DNA of 64,000 bases from Polyangiaceae bacterium (GTDB taxonomy: Bacteria > Myxococcota_A > Polyangia > Polyangiales > Polyangiaceae): positions 2,338 through 66,337 of the forward strand of contig JAKLKA010000002.1 of NCBI GenBank assembly GCA_023150915.1, given 5' to 3'. The position numbers and the translations under genes were made by a program. The notes under the pieces are model-generated. The model did no database searches. It saw only the letters and a program-made list of their open reading frames with translations, and had not been told where the DNA came from. Shown here one piece after another: positions 31,443 to 40,864 of the stretch; positions within the stretch are counted from its first letter, which is position 1, and each line of letters begins with the position of its first letter.

Positions 31443-32126
31443 ATGACCAAGACCCTGGCCGCCTCCGCCCTCGCCCTGCTGCTCACCGCCGCCTGCGGCG
31501 GCAAGACCGACGACAACACCGCGAACACCGGCGGCGGTGGCGGCGCCGGGGCCACCGGCGGCAGCGGCGGCAGTGGCGGGGCCACCGGCGGGGGCGGTGG
31601 GATCGGTGGCGCCAGCGGTGGCACGGGCGGCATGCCGAACGAGTGCTCGGTGACGACCACCGAGCCGGGGCCCTATCCGACCAAGATCCGCTTCGTGAAC
31701 CCCGGCGGCAACCCGCTCTGGATCCGCGAGGACTGCCAGCTCAACTGGGACCTTTACTCGTGCGCCGATGGCTACACCACCGAGGTGCCCCACGTCGCAG
31801 ACTGCATGACCGCGTGCAGCGAAACCGGGACGGGTGGCTGCATCGCGTGCGGTGCGTGCATGCTGCAAGCGCACCAGGTCACCACCGCCAGCCCGGTCGA
31901 GACCGAGTGGAGCGGCCACACCTTCACGTTCGGACAGAAGAACGGCTGCCAGTGCTACGACCAGAGCAACGCTCTGCCCGGCAAGTACGCGATCAAGATC
32001 CAGGTCTTCGCGTCGAAGGACGACGCCGAGAGCTTCAAGGCCGGCTACGAAGCCTGGGCCTACTTCGACTTGCCCGCCAAGAACGGCGTGGTCGAAGTCT
32101 CGCTGGTTCCGCCGGTCGAGGGCTGA
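31443..32126 (+). CDS. Lipoprotein with Gly-rich linker and Cys-rich domain
   Basis: ORF 31347..32126 trimmed to ATG 31443: MTKTLAASALALLLTAAC lipobox; GGGGGAGATGGSGGSGGATGGGGG linker. Confidence 0.65.
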   Translation: MTKTLAASALALLLTAACGGKTDDNTANTGGGGGAGATGGSGGSGGATGGGGGIGGASGGTGGMPNECSVTTTEPGPYPTKIRFVNPGGNPLWIREDCQLNWDLYSCADGYTTEVPHVADCMTACSETGTGGCIACGACMLQAHQVTTASPVETEWSGHTFTFGQKNGCQCYDQSNALPGKYAIKIQVFASKDDAESFKAGYEAWAYFDLPAKNGVVEVSLVPPVEG

Positions 32127-32681
32127 TCAGGCGGCCTCGGCCAGCGCCGGCGCAGGCGCTTCGCGCAGCCGCTCGGCCAGCAGTCGGCGACCGCGGAACA
32201 GCCGGCTCATCACCGTGCCCACCGGCACGCCCAAGATCGCGGCCGCGTCTTTGTACGAGCGCTCGTCCAAGTCCACCAAGCGGACCACGTCGCCGAACGC
32301 CCGCGGAAGCTCGCCGAGCGCGCGCTCGACCTGGGGCGACAGGTGCTGCATCACCGGGCTCGACTCCGAGTGCGTCCACGCGCACGGATCGTGGGTCAGT
32401 GACTCGAGCGCGCGCCGCTCGCGCCGCACCCGGCGACAGCGCGTCACGAACACGCTGAACAGCACCTGTTGCAGCCACGCTCGCAGGTTCGTTCCAGGCT
32501 GGTAGCTCGCCTCGAACTTCAAGGCGCGCTCCACGGTGTCTTGCACCAGATCCTGAGCATCGGTGGCGTTCAGGCTGAGCTTGAGCGCCCGGGCGCGGAG
32601 CGCGGGCATCAGCTCCGCGATCTCGTCGCGCAGGGGGCGGTGGGTCGGCGTGGCGGTGAAGCTCGAAGGCTGGGTGAACAT
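32127..32681 (-). CDS. ECF-type RNA polymerase sigma-70 family factor
   Basis: Start ATG 32681 (MFTQPSS); region 2 DAQDLVQDTVERAL...NLRAWL; region 4 SYKDAAAILGVPVGTVMSRLFRGR. Confidence 0.85.
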   Translation of the reverse strand: MFTQPSSFTATPTHRPLRDEIAELMPALRARALKLSLNATDAQDLVQDTVERALKFEASYQPGTNLRAWLQQVLFSVFVTRCRRVRRERRALESLTHDPCAWTHSESSPVMQHLSPQVERALGELPRAFGDVVRLVDLDERSYKDAAAILGVPVGTVMSRLFRGRRLLAERLREAPAPALAEAA

Positions 32682-32838
32682 GGGGGTTCGTTCCTCTTGG
32701 CCCGTGCCCATCGCAAGCCACGTGCCAGCTTCGAATCCCACGATTCCCCGGGTTTTCGCAGGGGTGTCCGCGTCCGAGAGGACGCGGGGGGCGTGTCAAT
32801 CTGGCACCTCTGACCCCGCGCCTGCCAAGCGGGCACGC

Positions 32839-33642
32839 CTACTCCAGCACCCGGTCCGGATCCCCGAGGAAGTCGAAGTGCATGGTGTCCTCGAGCTCGT
32901 CATGGCCGAGCCAGTGGAAGCCGTAACGCTCGAACACCTCGACCCAGCACTTCGGCATGGCCATGCGCTCGTACGGCGTGCTGACCTTCTTGCGGCAGAC
33001 GGGGTTCTCGGCCCAGAAGCCCACGCAGTGGCAGCAGGGGTTCAGCTGCGGGTCGATGTCGATGGCGATCCCGTAGGTGTGGTTCGACACCTCGTAATCC
33101 TTGAAGGTGTTCTCGGACCGCAGCCCGCCCACCTGCCGCGGGCGGTAGCTCTCGGCCGCGCACTCGCGCTTCAAGGCGGCTTCGACGCAGGCGAGCGCTG
33201 GAACCACCTTGCGATTCACGACCAGCGGCAGCCCCATGAAGGTGGTGCGCTGGGCATAGAAGCTGGGCGGGTGACGGTTGTCGCTGCGGCGACCGAAGCC
33301 CGAGACGCGACCGTAGTGCCGGGTCCGGTACTCGATGCTGCGCCGCCGCGCCTCTTCGATGGCGCGCTGCTCGCTGGCGCTGGCGCCGATCTTTGCGATC
33401 TGACCTTTGCGCAGCAAGAACTCTTGCGCCGGCTGCTGTCGGCACTGCGGCGCGGCCGGGCGCCTGGGCGGCGGCGAGATCGCCGCCAGGGTGGGCGCGG
33501 CGCTGGGGGCCGGAGCGGCCGACGCGCTGGGCTCACCGGCGGTCTCGGCGGCGCGGGGCTGGGCGTCGTCGGGCTTCGAGGCGCAAGCCACGGCCAGCAG
33601 CATGACCGAGAACGCTGGCAGAACTGCACGATTCGCAGCCAT
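32839..33642 (-). CDS. M15/LAS-family metallopeptidase lipoprotein (VanY-like)
   Basis: ATG 33642: MAANRAVLPAFSVMLLAVAC lipobox; SxHxxGxAxD motif (VSNHTYGIAIDID) and DTMHFD. Confidence 0.75.
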   Translation of the reverse strand: MAANRAVLPAFSVMLLAVACASKPDDAQPRAAETAGEPSASAAPAPSAAPTLAAISPPPRRPAAPQCRQQPAQEFLLRKGQIAKIGASASEQRAIEEARRRSIEYRTRHYGRVSGFGRRSDNRHPPSFYAQRTTFMGLPLVVNRKVVPALACVEAALKRECAAESYRPRQVGGLRSENTFKDYEVSNHTYGIAIDIDPQLNPCCHCVGFWAENPVCRKKVSTPYERMAMPKCWVEVFERYGFHWLGHDELEDTMHFDFLGDPDRVLE

Positions 33643-33653
33643 CGGCGGTTCCC

Positions 33654-35207
33654 TCAACCGGGCGACTCGCGCCGCGCTCCGGCCAGGCGGGCGAGCACCG
33701 CCGGGATCCCGTTCGCGACCTCGTGAGCCAAGAGCCCGCGGTCGGCGCCGGTGGTCTCGGCCCAGAGCTCGGCAGAGCGAGCGTGCAAGTGCGCGCCCAG
33801 GATTGCCGCGAAGCGCGGCGGCACGTGGTGTGCCCACGCGGCGATCACCCCGGTGAGCACGTCCCCGGCGCCGGCGGTGGCGAGTGCCGGCGAGCCCGCC
33901 GCGGTGACCAGCGTGGTCTCGTCCGGAGCGCCCACCAGCGTGCGCGCACCCTTGAGCAACACCACTGCACCCGTCAGCTCGACCGCCCGCCGCACCGCGC
34001 CGAAGCGATCCCGCTCCACCTCGGCGGCGGTGGTGCCCAGCAAGCGACCGAGCTCGCCCGGGTGGGGAGTGAGCACCAGCTGGCCGCGCGCGCGCCCCAG
34101 CGCGGCGCCGCGCCCTTCGAACGCGCTCACCGCGTCAGCGTCCACGATCTTGATACCGTTCCAGGTCAGGATCACGTGCTCGGCCGCGCGCCGCGCGCGG
34201 TCCGATAGGCCCAGCCCCGGACCGATGGCCACCACGTCGGCGCGCTCGAGCGCAGCTTCCAGCGAGGCCTCGATGTGCTCGGGATCGATCCGCGCCGTCA
34301 TCTCTTCCAGCACCCGTGAGTCCAGGCTGTCGGCGGCGTCGGGGAAGGTGCACAGCGTGGCAAGGCCCGCGCCGGCGCGCAGCGCCCCCCGCGCCACCAG
34401 CAGCGCCGCCCCGGTCTTGCCCACCGAGCCGGCGACCGCGAACACGTGACCCGCCGCCCCCTTGTGGGTGGAGACGTCGCGCGGCGCGATCAGCTCGCGC
34501 GCGTCGTCGTCGTCGAACAACAGCGCCGAAACGCCGACCTCGCGGAACAGCTCTCCGGGCACGCCGATGTCGACCACGTGCACGTCCCCCGCATGCTCCG
34601 CGCCCGTCGGGGTCAGAAGGCCCGCCTTCAGGTGGGCGAAGGTGACCGTCGCCTCGGCACGGACGGCCACCCCCAGCGCCGCCCCGGTGTTGGCGTCGAG
34701 GCCCGAGGGAACGTCCAGCGACAGCACCCGCGCCTCGCTCTCGTTGATGCCTTCGATCACCCGGGCCAGGTTCCCCTCTACTGCGCGGTCGAGCCCGGTG
34801 CCGAGGAGCGCGTCGACGATCACGTCGCCCGGGCCGAGCGCCGCCAGCGTGCCCAAGAGCGCCACGACTCCGGCGTCGTCGCTCGCCGGCGTCACGCGCC
34901 CGCCCAGGCCGCGCCAGGCGTCGTGGTTCGCCTTCGCGTCGCCCTTCAGCTGCTGCGGGTCGCCGACCAGGTACGCCTCGGGGGCGTGCCCCGCGGTCAG
35001 CAGCCGGCGCGCCACCACGAAGCCGTCGCCGCCGTTGTTGCCAGGGCCAGCCACCACCACGGTCTTCCCGGGCGCCAGCGTGCGCAGCAAGATCCCCGCG
35101 GCGTTGCGTCCCGCGTTCTCCATCAGCACCAGGCTCGGCACTCGGCACACCTCGATGGCGTGGCGATCGAGCTCGCGCATCTGCTCACGCGACAGGACGG
35201 GGATCAT
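33654..35207 (-). CDS. nnr: Bifunctional NAD(P)H-hydrate repair enzyme (epimerase / ADP-dependent dehydratase)
   Basis: YjeF-N GPGNNGGDGFVVAR plus YjeF-C ...GAGDVLTGVIAA; 517 aa. Confidence 0.9.
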   Translation of the reverse strand: MIPVLSREQMRELDRHAIEVCRVPSLVLMENAGRNAAGILLRTLAPGKTVVVAGPGNNGGDGFVVARRLLTAGHAPEAYLVGDPQQLKGDAKANHDAWRGLGGRVTPASDDAGVVALLGTLAALGPGDVIVDALLGTGLDRAVEGNLARVIEGINESEARVLSLDVPSGLDANTGAALGVAVRAEATVTFAHLKAGLLTPTGAEHAGDVHVVDIGVPGELFREVGVSALLFDDDDARELIAPRDVSTHKGAAGHVFAVAGSVGKTGAALLVARGALRAGAGLATLCTFPDAADSLDSRVLEEMTARIDPEHIEASLEAALERADVVAIGPGLGLSDRARRAAEHVILTWNGIKIVDADAVSAFEGRGAALGRARGQLVLTPHPGELGRLLGTTAAEVERDRFGAVRRAVELTGAVVLLKGARTLVGAPDETTLVTAAGSPALATAGAGDVLTGVIAAWAHHVPPRFAAILGAHLHARSAELWAETTGADRGLLAHEVANGIPAVLARLAGARRESPG

Positions 35208-35280
35208 GCGTCACCTCGGGTCCACCCGAGCGTACACCAGTGTCCTGCGGCAAGGGACGACGTCGGCGCTGAGTAGCGCC

Positions 35281-35655
35281 TCACGCCTCGAGCACCACCA
35301 CCGCCGCCGCGACGCCGGCGTCGTGACTGATGGAAACCAGCGACCGGGTCACGCCCAGCGCCAAGAGGTAGGGCAGGGCTGGACCGTGGGCGACGAGCTC
35401 GGGCGCGCCGTTGGGGGCGCGACGCACTTCCACGTCTTGCCACCACACGTCTTTGGGAGCCCCCAGCGCCTTGCTGAATGCCTCTTTCGCGGCGAACCGA
35501 CCGGCCAGGGCTGCCGCGCGGTCGGCATGGCGCGCCGCCAGGTCGACCCGCTCACGGGGGGTGAGCACCCGCGCCCAGAACTTCTCGCCGAAGCGCTCGA
35601 GCGCGCTCTCGATGCGCGCCACGCTGCACACGTCGATGCCCAAGCCCACGATCAT
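35281..35655 (-). CDS. acpS: Holo-[acyl-carrier-protein] synthase
   Basis: ORF 35281..35916 trimmed to ATG 35655: MIVGLGIDVCSVARIE...RFAAKEAFSKAL...ISHD; ATGA overlap with pdxJ. Confidence 0.9.
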   Translation of the reverse strand: MIVGLGIDVCSVARIESALERFGEKFWARVLTPRERVDLAARHADRAAALAGRFAAKEAFSKALGAPKDVWWQDVEVRRAPNGAPELVAHGPALPYLLALGVTRSLVSISHDAGVAAAVVVLEA

Positions 35656-36386
35656 GGTCGTCGCGCCGCGATGCCCCGCTCGATGGCCGCGCGGAACCCG
35701 CGCACGGCACCGGATAGTCCGTCGAACACCGCGTCGGCGATCACCGCGTGCCCGATGTTCAGCTCCACGATGCTCTCGATGGCGGCCACGTCGATCACGT
35801 TGTGTCGGGTCAGCCCGTGGCCGGCCGCCACCTCGAGCCCCAGCTCTCGCGCGCGCACCGCGCCGGCGCGCAGGCGCTCGAGCTCGGCCAGCTGCCGCGC
35901 GCCTGCCAGGTGGCAATACTCGCCGGTGTGAAGCTCGATCTGCTCGGCACCCACCGCCTTGCTGGCGGCGATCTGCTCAAGATCGGGCGCGATGAACAGG
36001 CTCAGCTTGATGCCGACCTCGCGACACAGGGTCGCCACCTTGGCGATTGCTTCCCGGGCGCCCATCACGTCCAGCCCGCCCTCGGTGGTGCGCTCTTCGC
36101 GGCGCTCGGGCACCAGGGTGATCACGTCCGGCTTCACGCGGCGCGCGATGGTGGTCATCTCTTCGGTGGCGGCCATCTCCAGGTTCATCCGCGTGCCGAT
36201 CGCGGCACGCATGCGGGCGACGTCGTCGTCGTTGATGTGCCGCCGATCTTCGCGCAGGTGCAGCGTGATGCCGTCGGCCCCCGCCTGCTCGCAGATCTGC
36301 GCGGCAAAGACCGGGTCCGGGTAGCGCGTGCCGCGGGCGTTGCGCAGCGTCGCGACGTGGTCGATGTTCACGTGGAAGCGGATCAC
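35652..36386 (-). CDS. pdxJ: Pyridoxine 5'-phosphate synthase
   Basis: VNIDHVATLRNARG, ITLHLREDRRHI, ELHTGEY, GHGL. Confidence 0.93.
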   Translation of the reverse strand: MIRFHVNIDHVATLRNARGTRYPDPVFAAQICEQAGADGITLHLREDRRHINDDDVARMRAAIGTRMNLEMAATEEMTTIARRVKPDVITLVPERREERTTEGGLDVMGAREAIAKVATLCREVGIKLSLFIAPDLEQIAASKAVGAEQIELHTGEYCHLAGARQLAELERLRAGAVRARELGLEVAAGHGLTRHNVIDVAAIESIVELNIGHAVIADAVFDGLSGAVRGFRAAIERGIAARRP

Positions 36387-36469
36387 GGCGCGAGCATACG
36401 AAAATTCGCGGGCCGCCGCATGCTCGCTTTGCCCCAGGTCCGAAAGATCTTAGTGGGGACTCGTTCCGG

Positions 36470-36994
36470 ATGAGCCGCCGTCCCCTGATCGATCTCCGCA
36501 TGCACGACGGCAGCCGTCACTTCGGCAGCCTGCCCGAGCACCTCGGCGCCGAGCCGCCCGAGTGGCACGTGATCCGCGATGCCGTTCCGGCGCTCGCGGG
36601 CGCTGCGCTCTCGGACTTCGTCACCGACGAGGTGACCGAGGCATGGATCCACTTCCAGTGGCGTGGCCAGCGCTTCGCCATCAACAACCAGCACGGCGAG
36701 TGGTGGTTCTTCGTCGACGACCCCAGCTGCCCTGACGCGCTGCTGGCGGCGGTGCTCGAGCACTTCGAAACGGCCCTGTCCCCGCGCTCGGCCCAGGCGC
36801 GTAGCTTGGGCCCCCTCGCGCCGAGCTGCTTTCGGGTCGTGGTGGACGAGGTCGACGGTCGCACCAGCTTCAAGGACTTCGCCAGCCTGCCGGAAGCCGC
36901 CGCGTACGCCGACGACGCCGCGTCGGAGAGCGACGTGCACGCCACCGTCGTGGATGGCGACTTCCGAGTCGTGCAGCACGGGAAGCACTATTGA
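36470..36994 (+). CDS. Hypothetical cytoplasmic protein
   Basis: ATG start; strong GC3 bias; no motif recognised. Confidence 0.5.
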   Translation: MSRRPLIDLRMHDGSRHFGSLPEHLGAEPPEWHVIRDAVPALAGAALSDFVTDEVTEAWIHFQWRGQRFAINNQHGEWWFFVDDPSCPDALLAAVLEHFETALSPRSAQARSLGPLAPSCFRVVVDEVDGRTSFKDFASLPEAAAYADDAASESDVHATVVDGDFRVVQHGKHY

Positions 36995-38352
36995 GTCGCT
37001 GGCGGCGCGAACGCCCGTGGCGCGAACGCCGGTGGCACGAACGGGGGTGGCGCCGGCGGCTTCTGTCGCGCACGCCGCCACGCCGGCAGCCACAGGCGCA
37101 GCTCGTAGCCGGTGCGCGTCACCGGCAGCTCGGCGTTCACCGGCGACACCCACCACGAGCACAGCGTGATGGCACCGAGGCCCAGCCAGCCCAGGCGCCG
37201 TCGAGCATCGATCAGGGTTGCGACCTTGCCTGCCACCAGCACCACCGCGAAGCCGTAGGCCGGAAGGTAGTGGTAGATGTACGAATCGCGACGCGACAGC
37301 ACCCACGGTAAGACCGGCAGCGCCCACAGGGCCAAGCACCACAGCTCGGCGCTGGCCAGCGCACCAAGGGTGGAGAGGGGTGTGGCCCGGGCCTGCACGA
37401 AGGCCCGCGCCCGCTCGGCCGCCACCCGGAGCAGCTCGCCCAGCGTCGCCAGAACGGCCAGGCTGCTCGCCCACCAGAGCAGCGGGTTTCCCATCGACGT
37501 CATGGACCGCACCATCCCGTCTGCTTCGGCATAGCGCATCGGGATGGGTTTGAGCGGCACCAGCCAGCTGTACCAGCTCGAGATCAGCATGTGCTTGCCG
37601 TCGGTCAGCTTGGCGTGGTGCTCGTACAGCTCGCGCGTGGCCGCGATCACGTCGCCCACGCCGTGCGGTCGGTGTTGCAGCAGCAGGCCCCATTGGTAGA
37701 CGCCGACGTAGCTCAGCGGCGCCAGCAGCAAGAGCAGCCCGGCCCAGCGCGGCGCCGGACCGAACAGCGCGCTTGCCACGAGCGGTACGAGCATCACCAC
37801 CGCGCTGAACTTCACCGCGCAGCCCAGCCCGAGCAGCACTGCGGCCAGCCCGATGCCCAGCGCGCCTCGCGCGCGCACGGCCGCACAGGCCGTGGCCAGG
37901 GTGAAGGTCGCGACCACGCCGTCGAGGAGCGCGGTGCGCGAATACGCGATGAAGAAGCCGTCGCCCGCCAGGAAGGCTGCGGCGATCAGACCGGCCCGCC
38001 AGCTGTGGAAGAGGCGCCCCGCCAGCAGCCCGGCGAGCGCGATGTTGGTCAGCCCGCTCGCCAGCGCCGAGACGCGCCAGCCGAACGCGGTGTCACCGAA
38101 CCAGTGGATGCCGTGCGCGATCAGCAGCTTGCCGAGCGGCGGATGGTCGTTCCAGTCCCGGCCGCCGCTGAGCAGGTTCTGGGCCGTACGCACGAAGTGG
38201 TGCTCGTCCCAGGCCAGCCCCGGCGGATCGGCCAGGTGCTGCACGCGCAGCCACACCCCGAGGGCCACGCTGGCCAAGCACCAGCCGATCAGCAGCCGAT
38301 CCAGTTGCTTCGACTTCGACACCCGAGCCGCCTGTGTACCAGAAGCCGCCAA
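36988..38352 (-). CDS. GT39/PMT-family polyprenyl-phosphate-sugar-dependent glycosyltransferase (paralog 1)
   Basis: WDEHHFV and NDHPPLGKLLIA loop motifs, about 10 TM helices; start TTG 38352 or GTG 38322. Confidence 0.8.
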   Translation of the reverse strand: MAASGTQAARVSKSKQLDRLLIGWCLASVALGVWLRVQHLADPPGLAWDEHHFVRTAQNLLSGGRDWNDHPPLGKLLIAHGIHWFGDTAFGWRVSALASGLTNIALAGLLAGRLFHSWRAGLIAAAFLAGDGFFIAYSRTALLDGVVATFTLATACAAVRARGALGIGLAAVLLGLGCAVKFSAVVMLVPLVASALFGPAPRWAGLLLLLAPLSYVGVYQWGLLLQHRPHGVGDVIAATRELYEHHAKLTDGKHMLISSWYSWLVPLKPIPMRYAEADGMVRSMTSMGNPLLWWASSLAVLATLGELLRVAAERARAFVQARATPLSTLGALASAELWCLALWALPVLPWVLSRRDSYIYHYLPAYGFAVVLVAGKVATLIDARRRLGWLGLGAITLCSWWVSPVNAELPVTRTGYELRLWLPAWRRARQKPPAPPPFVPPAFAPRAFAPPATQ

Positions 38353-38399
38353 CCCTGGCTTGCGGACGCCAACCCGGGGTTGGCACCGGATCCGGCGGA

Positions 38400-40004
38400 A
38401 TGGGCCGAGAAACGCAGCTCTCGGGCTGGTTCGACGCTTGCAGAACCCGGCGCGTGCGCGCTCTCTTCGCCCGGTCGCTGTTCATCACCACCACCCTGGC
38501 GCTGCCGGCGGTTGCCGCGCCCGATCCCCCGACGCCCAGCTTCGGCAAGGCCATCGACGCCTTCGCCAGCTACGACGCCCAGGACACCTGCGACCCCACC
38601 GCCAAGCCCGGTACGGCCAGCTTCAAGGACTTCATCCTGAAGACCTACCCCACTACCGGCGACTACGGCATCACCCGGGCTTGCAACATCGGCAGCACCA
38701 GCGAGCACAAAGAGGGGCGCGCCTGGGACTGGAAGGTCAACTACTTCAACACCGCCCAGCGGGACATCGCCGAGACGGTGATCGACTGGCTGCTGGACAC
38801 CGATCCGCACGGCAACGCGTGTGCGAACGCCCGCCGCCTGGGGATGATGTACTTCATCTGGAACAGCAAGATCTGGGGGGCCTACCGCTCACCCAATGCG
38901 TCGTGCGCCACCGCGGGGTGGAAGGCCTATACCGGCTCGAACCCCCACACCGATCACGTGCACATCAGCTGGGCGTGGCCCGGCGCAAAGAAGCAGACCA
39001 CCTGGTGGACTGCGGCGCTGCCGCCCGAGCCGGTGAACACCAAGCCCAAGGGCTACCTGGACGGCGCCAGCTGCGAGAAGGTCTGGGGCTGGTCGCAAGA
39101 CCCCGACGCGGCCAAGAAAGGCATCGCCGTGCATCTGTACTTCGGGGGCCCGGCGGGGGACCCGAAGGCCAAGGGCGTGCCGGTCGACGCCAACATCGAT
39201 CGCGGCGACCTCTGCACGCCGCTGGGCTCGTGCAATCACGGCTTCGAGGTCGCCTCGCCGCTCAGCTTGCACGACGGCAAGCCCCACGCGGTCCACGCCT
39301 ACGGCATCGACAGCGCGGGCGGCGCCAACGCCGAGCTCGCGCAGAGCCCCGCGAGCCTCGACTGCGATCCGGTCATCCCCAAGGGCGTTCGCCGCAGGGT
39401 CCAGGACATGACCAGCTTCGACGACTGGGGCTTCTCCGAGTTCTGGGACGTGATGCCGGTGGACGACACGGCCCTTGCCGCCATCACCGAAGACGACGCT
39501 CTGCCCGACAGCCCGCTCTTGGTGCAGTCCACCGACGGCAGCGCCGAAGTCTGGTTGATCGACGGCGAATTCCGCCGCCACGTTCCGAGCCAAGAGGTCA
39601 TGGCCACCTGGGGCTTCGATGCCGCTGCGGTCGTGAAATGGGCCCCCAAGGACCTCGAGAAGCTCGAGGTCGGCCCCAAGCTGCGCGCACGCCCGGTGCT
39701 GGTGCGCGGCAGCGGCGAGAAGATCTACCTGATGGATGACGCCCTGCCCGAGACGGGTCAGCCGCCGGCCGGCACCGGCGGCGCCGGGGGCAGCGGCGGC
39801 AGCGACACGGGTGGCACCGGCGCTGCGATCGGCGCCAGCGGCGGCAAGAGCGGCGCGTCGGCCCAGCAGACCAAGGTGCTCTCCGAAGACGACCAAGGGT
39901 GCGCGTGTCGCACCAGCGGGCGCTCGAGCGGCTCGACTGCGCAGCTCTCGCTCTTGGCCCTCGGCCTGCTCGCCGCGCGTCGCCGGCGTGCGAGGTCGGC
40001 GTGA
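38400..40004 (+). CDS. Secreted LAS/M15-like domain protein with MYXO-CTERM-type sorting tail
   Basis: ATG 38400; signal peptide ...LFITTTLALPAVAAP; SxHxxGxAxD (STSEHKEGRAWDW) and HTDHVHISW; C-terminal GCACR...LSLLALGLLAARRRRARSA. Confidence 0.75.
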   Translation: MGRETQLSGWFDACRTRRVRALFARSLFITTTLALPAVAAPDPPTPSFGKAIDAFASYDAQDTCDPTAKPGTASFKDFILKTYPTTGDYGITRACNIGSTSEHKEGRAWDWKVNYFNTAQRDIAETVIDWLLDTDPHGNACANARRLGMMYFIWNSKIWGAYRSPNASCATAGWKAYTGSNPHTDHVHISWAWPGAKKQTTWWTAALPPEPVNTKPKGYLDGASCEKVWGWSQDPDAAKKGIAVHLYFGGPAGDPKAKGVPVDANIDRGDLCTPLGSCNHGFEVASPLSLHDGKPHAVHAYGIDSAGGANAELAQSPASLDCDPVIPKGVRRRVQDMTSFDDWGFSEFWDVMPVDDTALAAITEDDALPDSPLLVQSTDGSAEVWLIDGEFRRHVPSQEVMATWGFDAAAVVKWAPKDLEKLEVGPKLRARPVLVRGSGEKIYLMDDALPETGQPPAGTGGAGGSGGSDTGGTGAAIGASGGKSGASAQQTKVLSEDDQGCACRTSGRSSGSTAQLSLLALGLLAARRRRARSA

Positions 40005-40552
40005 CCGTGAAGCGCGCCTTGGCCGTCGCGCTGGCGCTGGCGCTCGTCGTCACCGCGCTCGTGCTCTGGCCCGGGCGTCCGCCCCGGCCGGCAGCGACAC
40101 CGATCGCGGCGCACACCGCCACCGACGTTCGCCCCGAGCGCCCGCGGCGCCCCCGCGCGACCCGACCGCGACCGCCGCCCGCCGAGATCCGCGAAGCCGC
40201 GGTGTCCCCGCCAGCTTCGAATGCGCAGCAGCCGACCCCCACCCGCGTCGAGCAACTGGCGACCACGGTGCTGGCCGCGGCGGTGCGCCACGACTGGATG
40301 GTGGTCGACGAGCACGAGACGCCCTGCCCGCCGCAGCAGATCCGCATCGTGTACGACGCACCGTCGGATCTGGGCGGCTACACCAAGGGTGCCTACTTCG
40401 AGCCGCTGGGCCCGGGCCCCGGCGAGAGTGACACCGAGGTCAACGGGCTCATGCTGTGCGAGGGGTCGACCTTCCTGTATCGCGGTTTCGAGGCCTACTA
40501 CCGTGCCGATCGGGGACAGTGGGACGTGTTCCCGTTCCCGGTGATCGAATGA
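40001..40552 (+). CDS. Membrane-anchored hypothetical protein
   Basis: GTG 40001 (GTGA overlap with upstream stop); VTVKRALAVALALALVVTALVLW TM anchor, Pro/Arg linker, C-terminal globular part. Confidence 0.5.
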   Translation: MTVKRALAVALALALVVTALVLWPGRPPRPAATPIAAHTATDVRPERPRRPRATRPRPPPAEIREAAVSPPASNAQQPTPTRVEQLATTVLAAAVRHDWMVVDEHETPCPPQQIRIVYDAPSDLGGYTKGAYFEPLGPGPGESDTEVNGLMLCEGSTFLYRGFEAYYRADRGQWDVFPFPVIE

Positions 40553-40583
40553 CGCGACGGGCGGTTTGACCGAGGAACGTAGA

Positions 40584-40597
40584 GGCATCATGATGCC
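40584..40597. promoter_or_regulatory. Perfect 14-bp palindrome GGCATCATGATGCC abutting the vapB start
   Basis: Read directly, 4 nt upstream of ATG 40601. Confidence 0.4.
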
Positions 40598-40600
40598 TTG

Positions 40601-40864
40601 ATGCGAACCACCTTGACGCTCGACCCGGACGTCGCGCAGCTCCTCAAGGCAGAGGCCCACCGGCAGCGCAAGGCGTTCAAGGAAGTGGTCAACGACGCCA
40701 TTCGCCGGGGGCTTTCGCCCCAGCGCGAGCGACCGCCCAAGCGCTACCGGGTGCGGCCCCACAAGACGCGGCTGTTGCCCGGAATCGATCTGGCCGGTTT
40801 CAACAAGCTGGCAGACGAGCTCGAGGACGACGCTCTGATCGCGAAGGCGAAGGCCCCGCGATGA
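40601..40864 (+). CDS. vapB: Type II antitoxin, VapB-like
   Basis: MRTTLTLDPDVAQLLKAEAHRQRKAFKEVVNDAIRRGL; overlaps vapC by 4 nt. Confidence 0.75.
   Translation: MRTTLTLDPDVAQLLKAEAHRQRKAFKEVVNDAIRRGLSPQRERPPKRYRVRPHKTRLLPGIDLAGFNKLADELEDDALIAKAKAPR

Noticed and set aside
36390-36427. 8-bp inverted repeat GCGAGCAT-N22-ATGCTCGC in the pdxJ / hypothetical divergent region
   Set aside because: The long spacer and short arms make chance occurrence plausible. Noted only as a possible operator.
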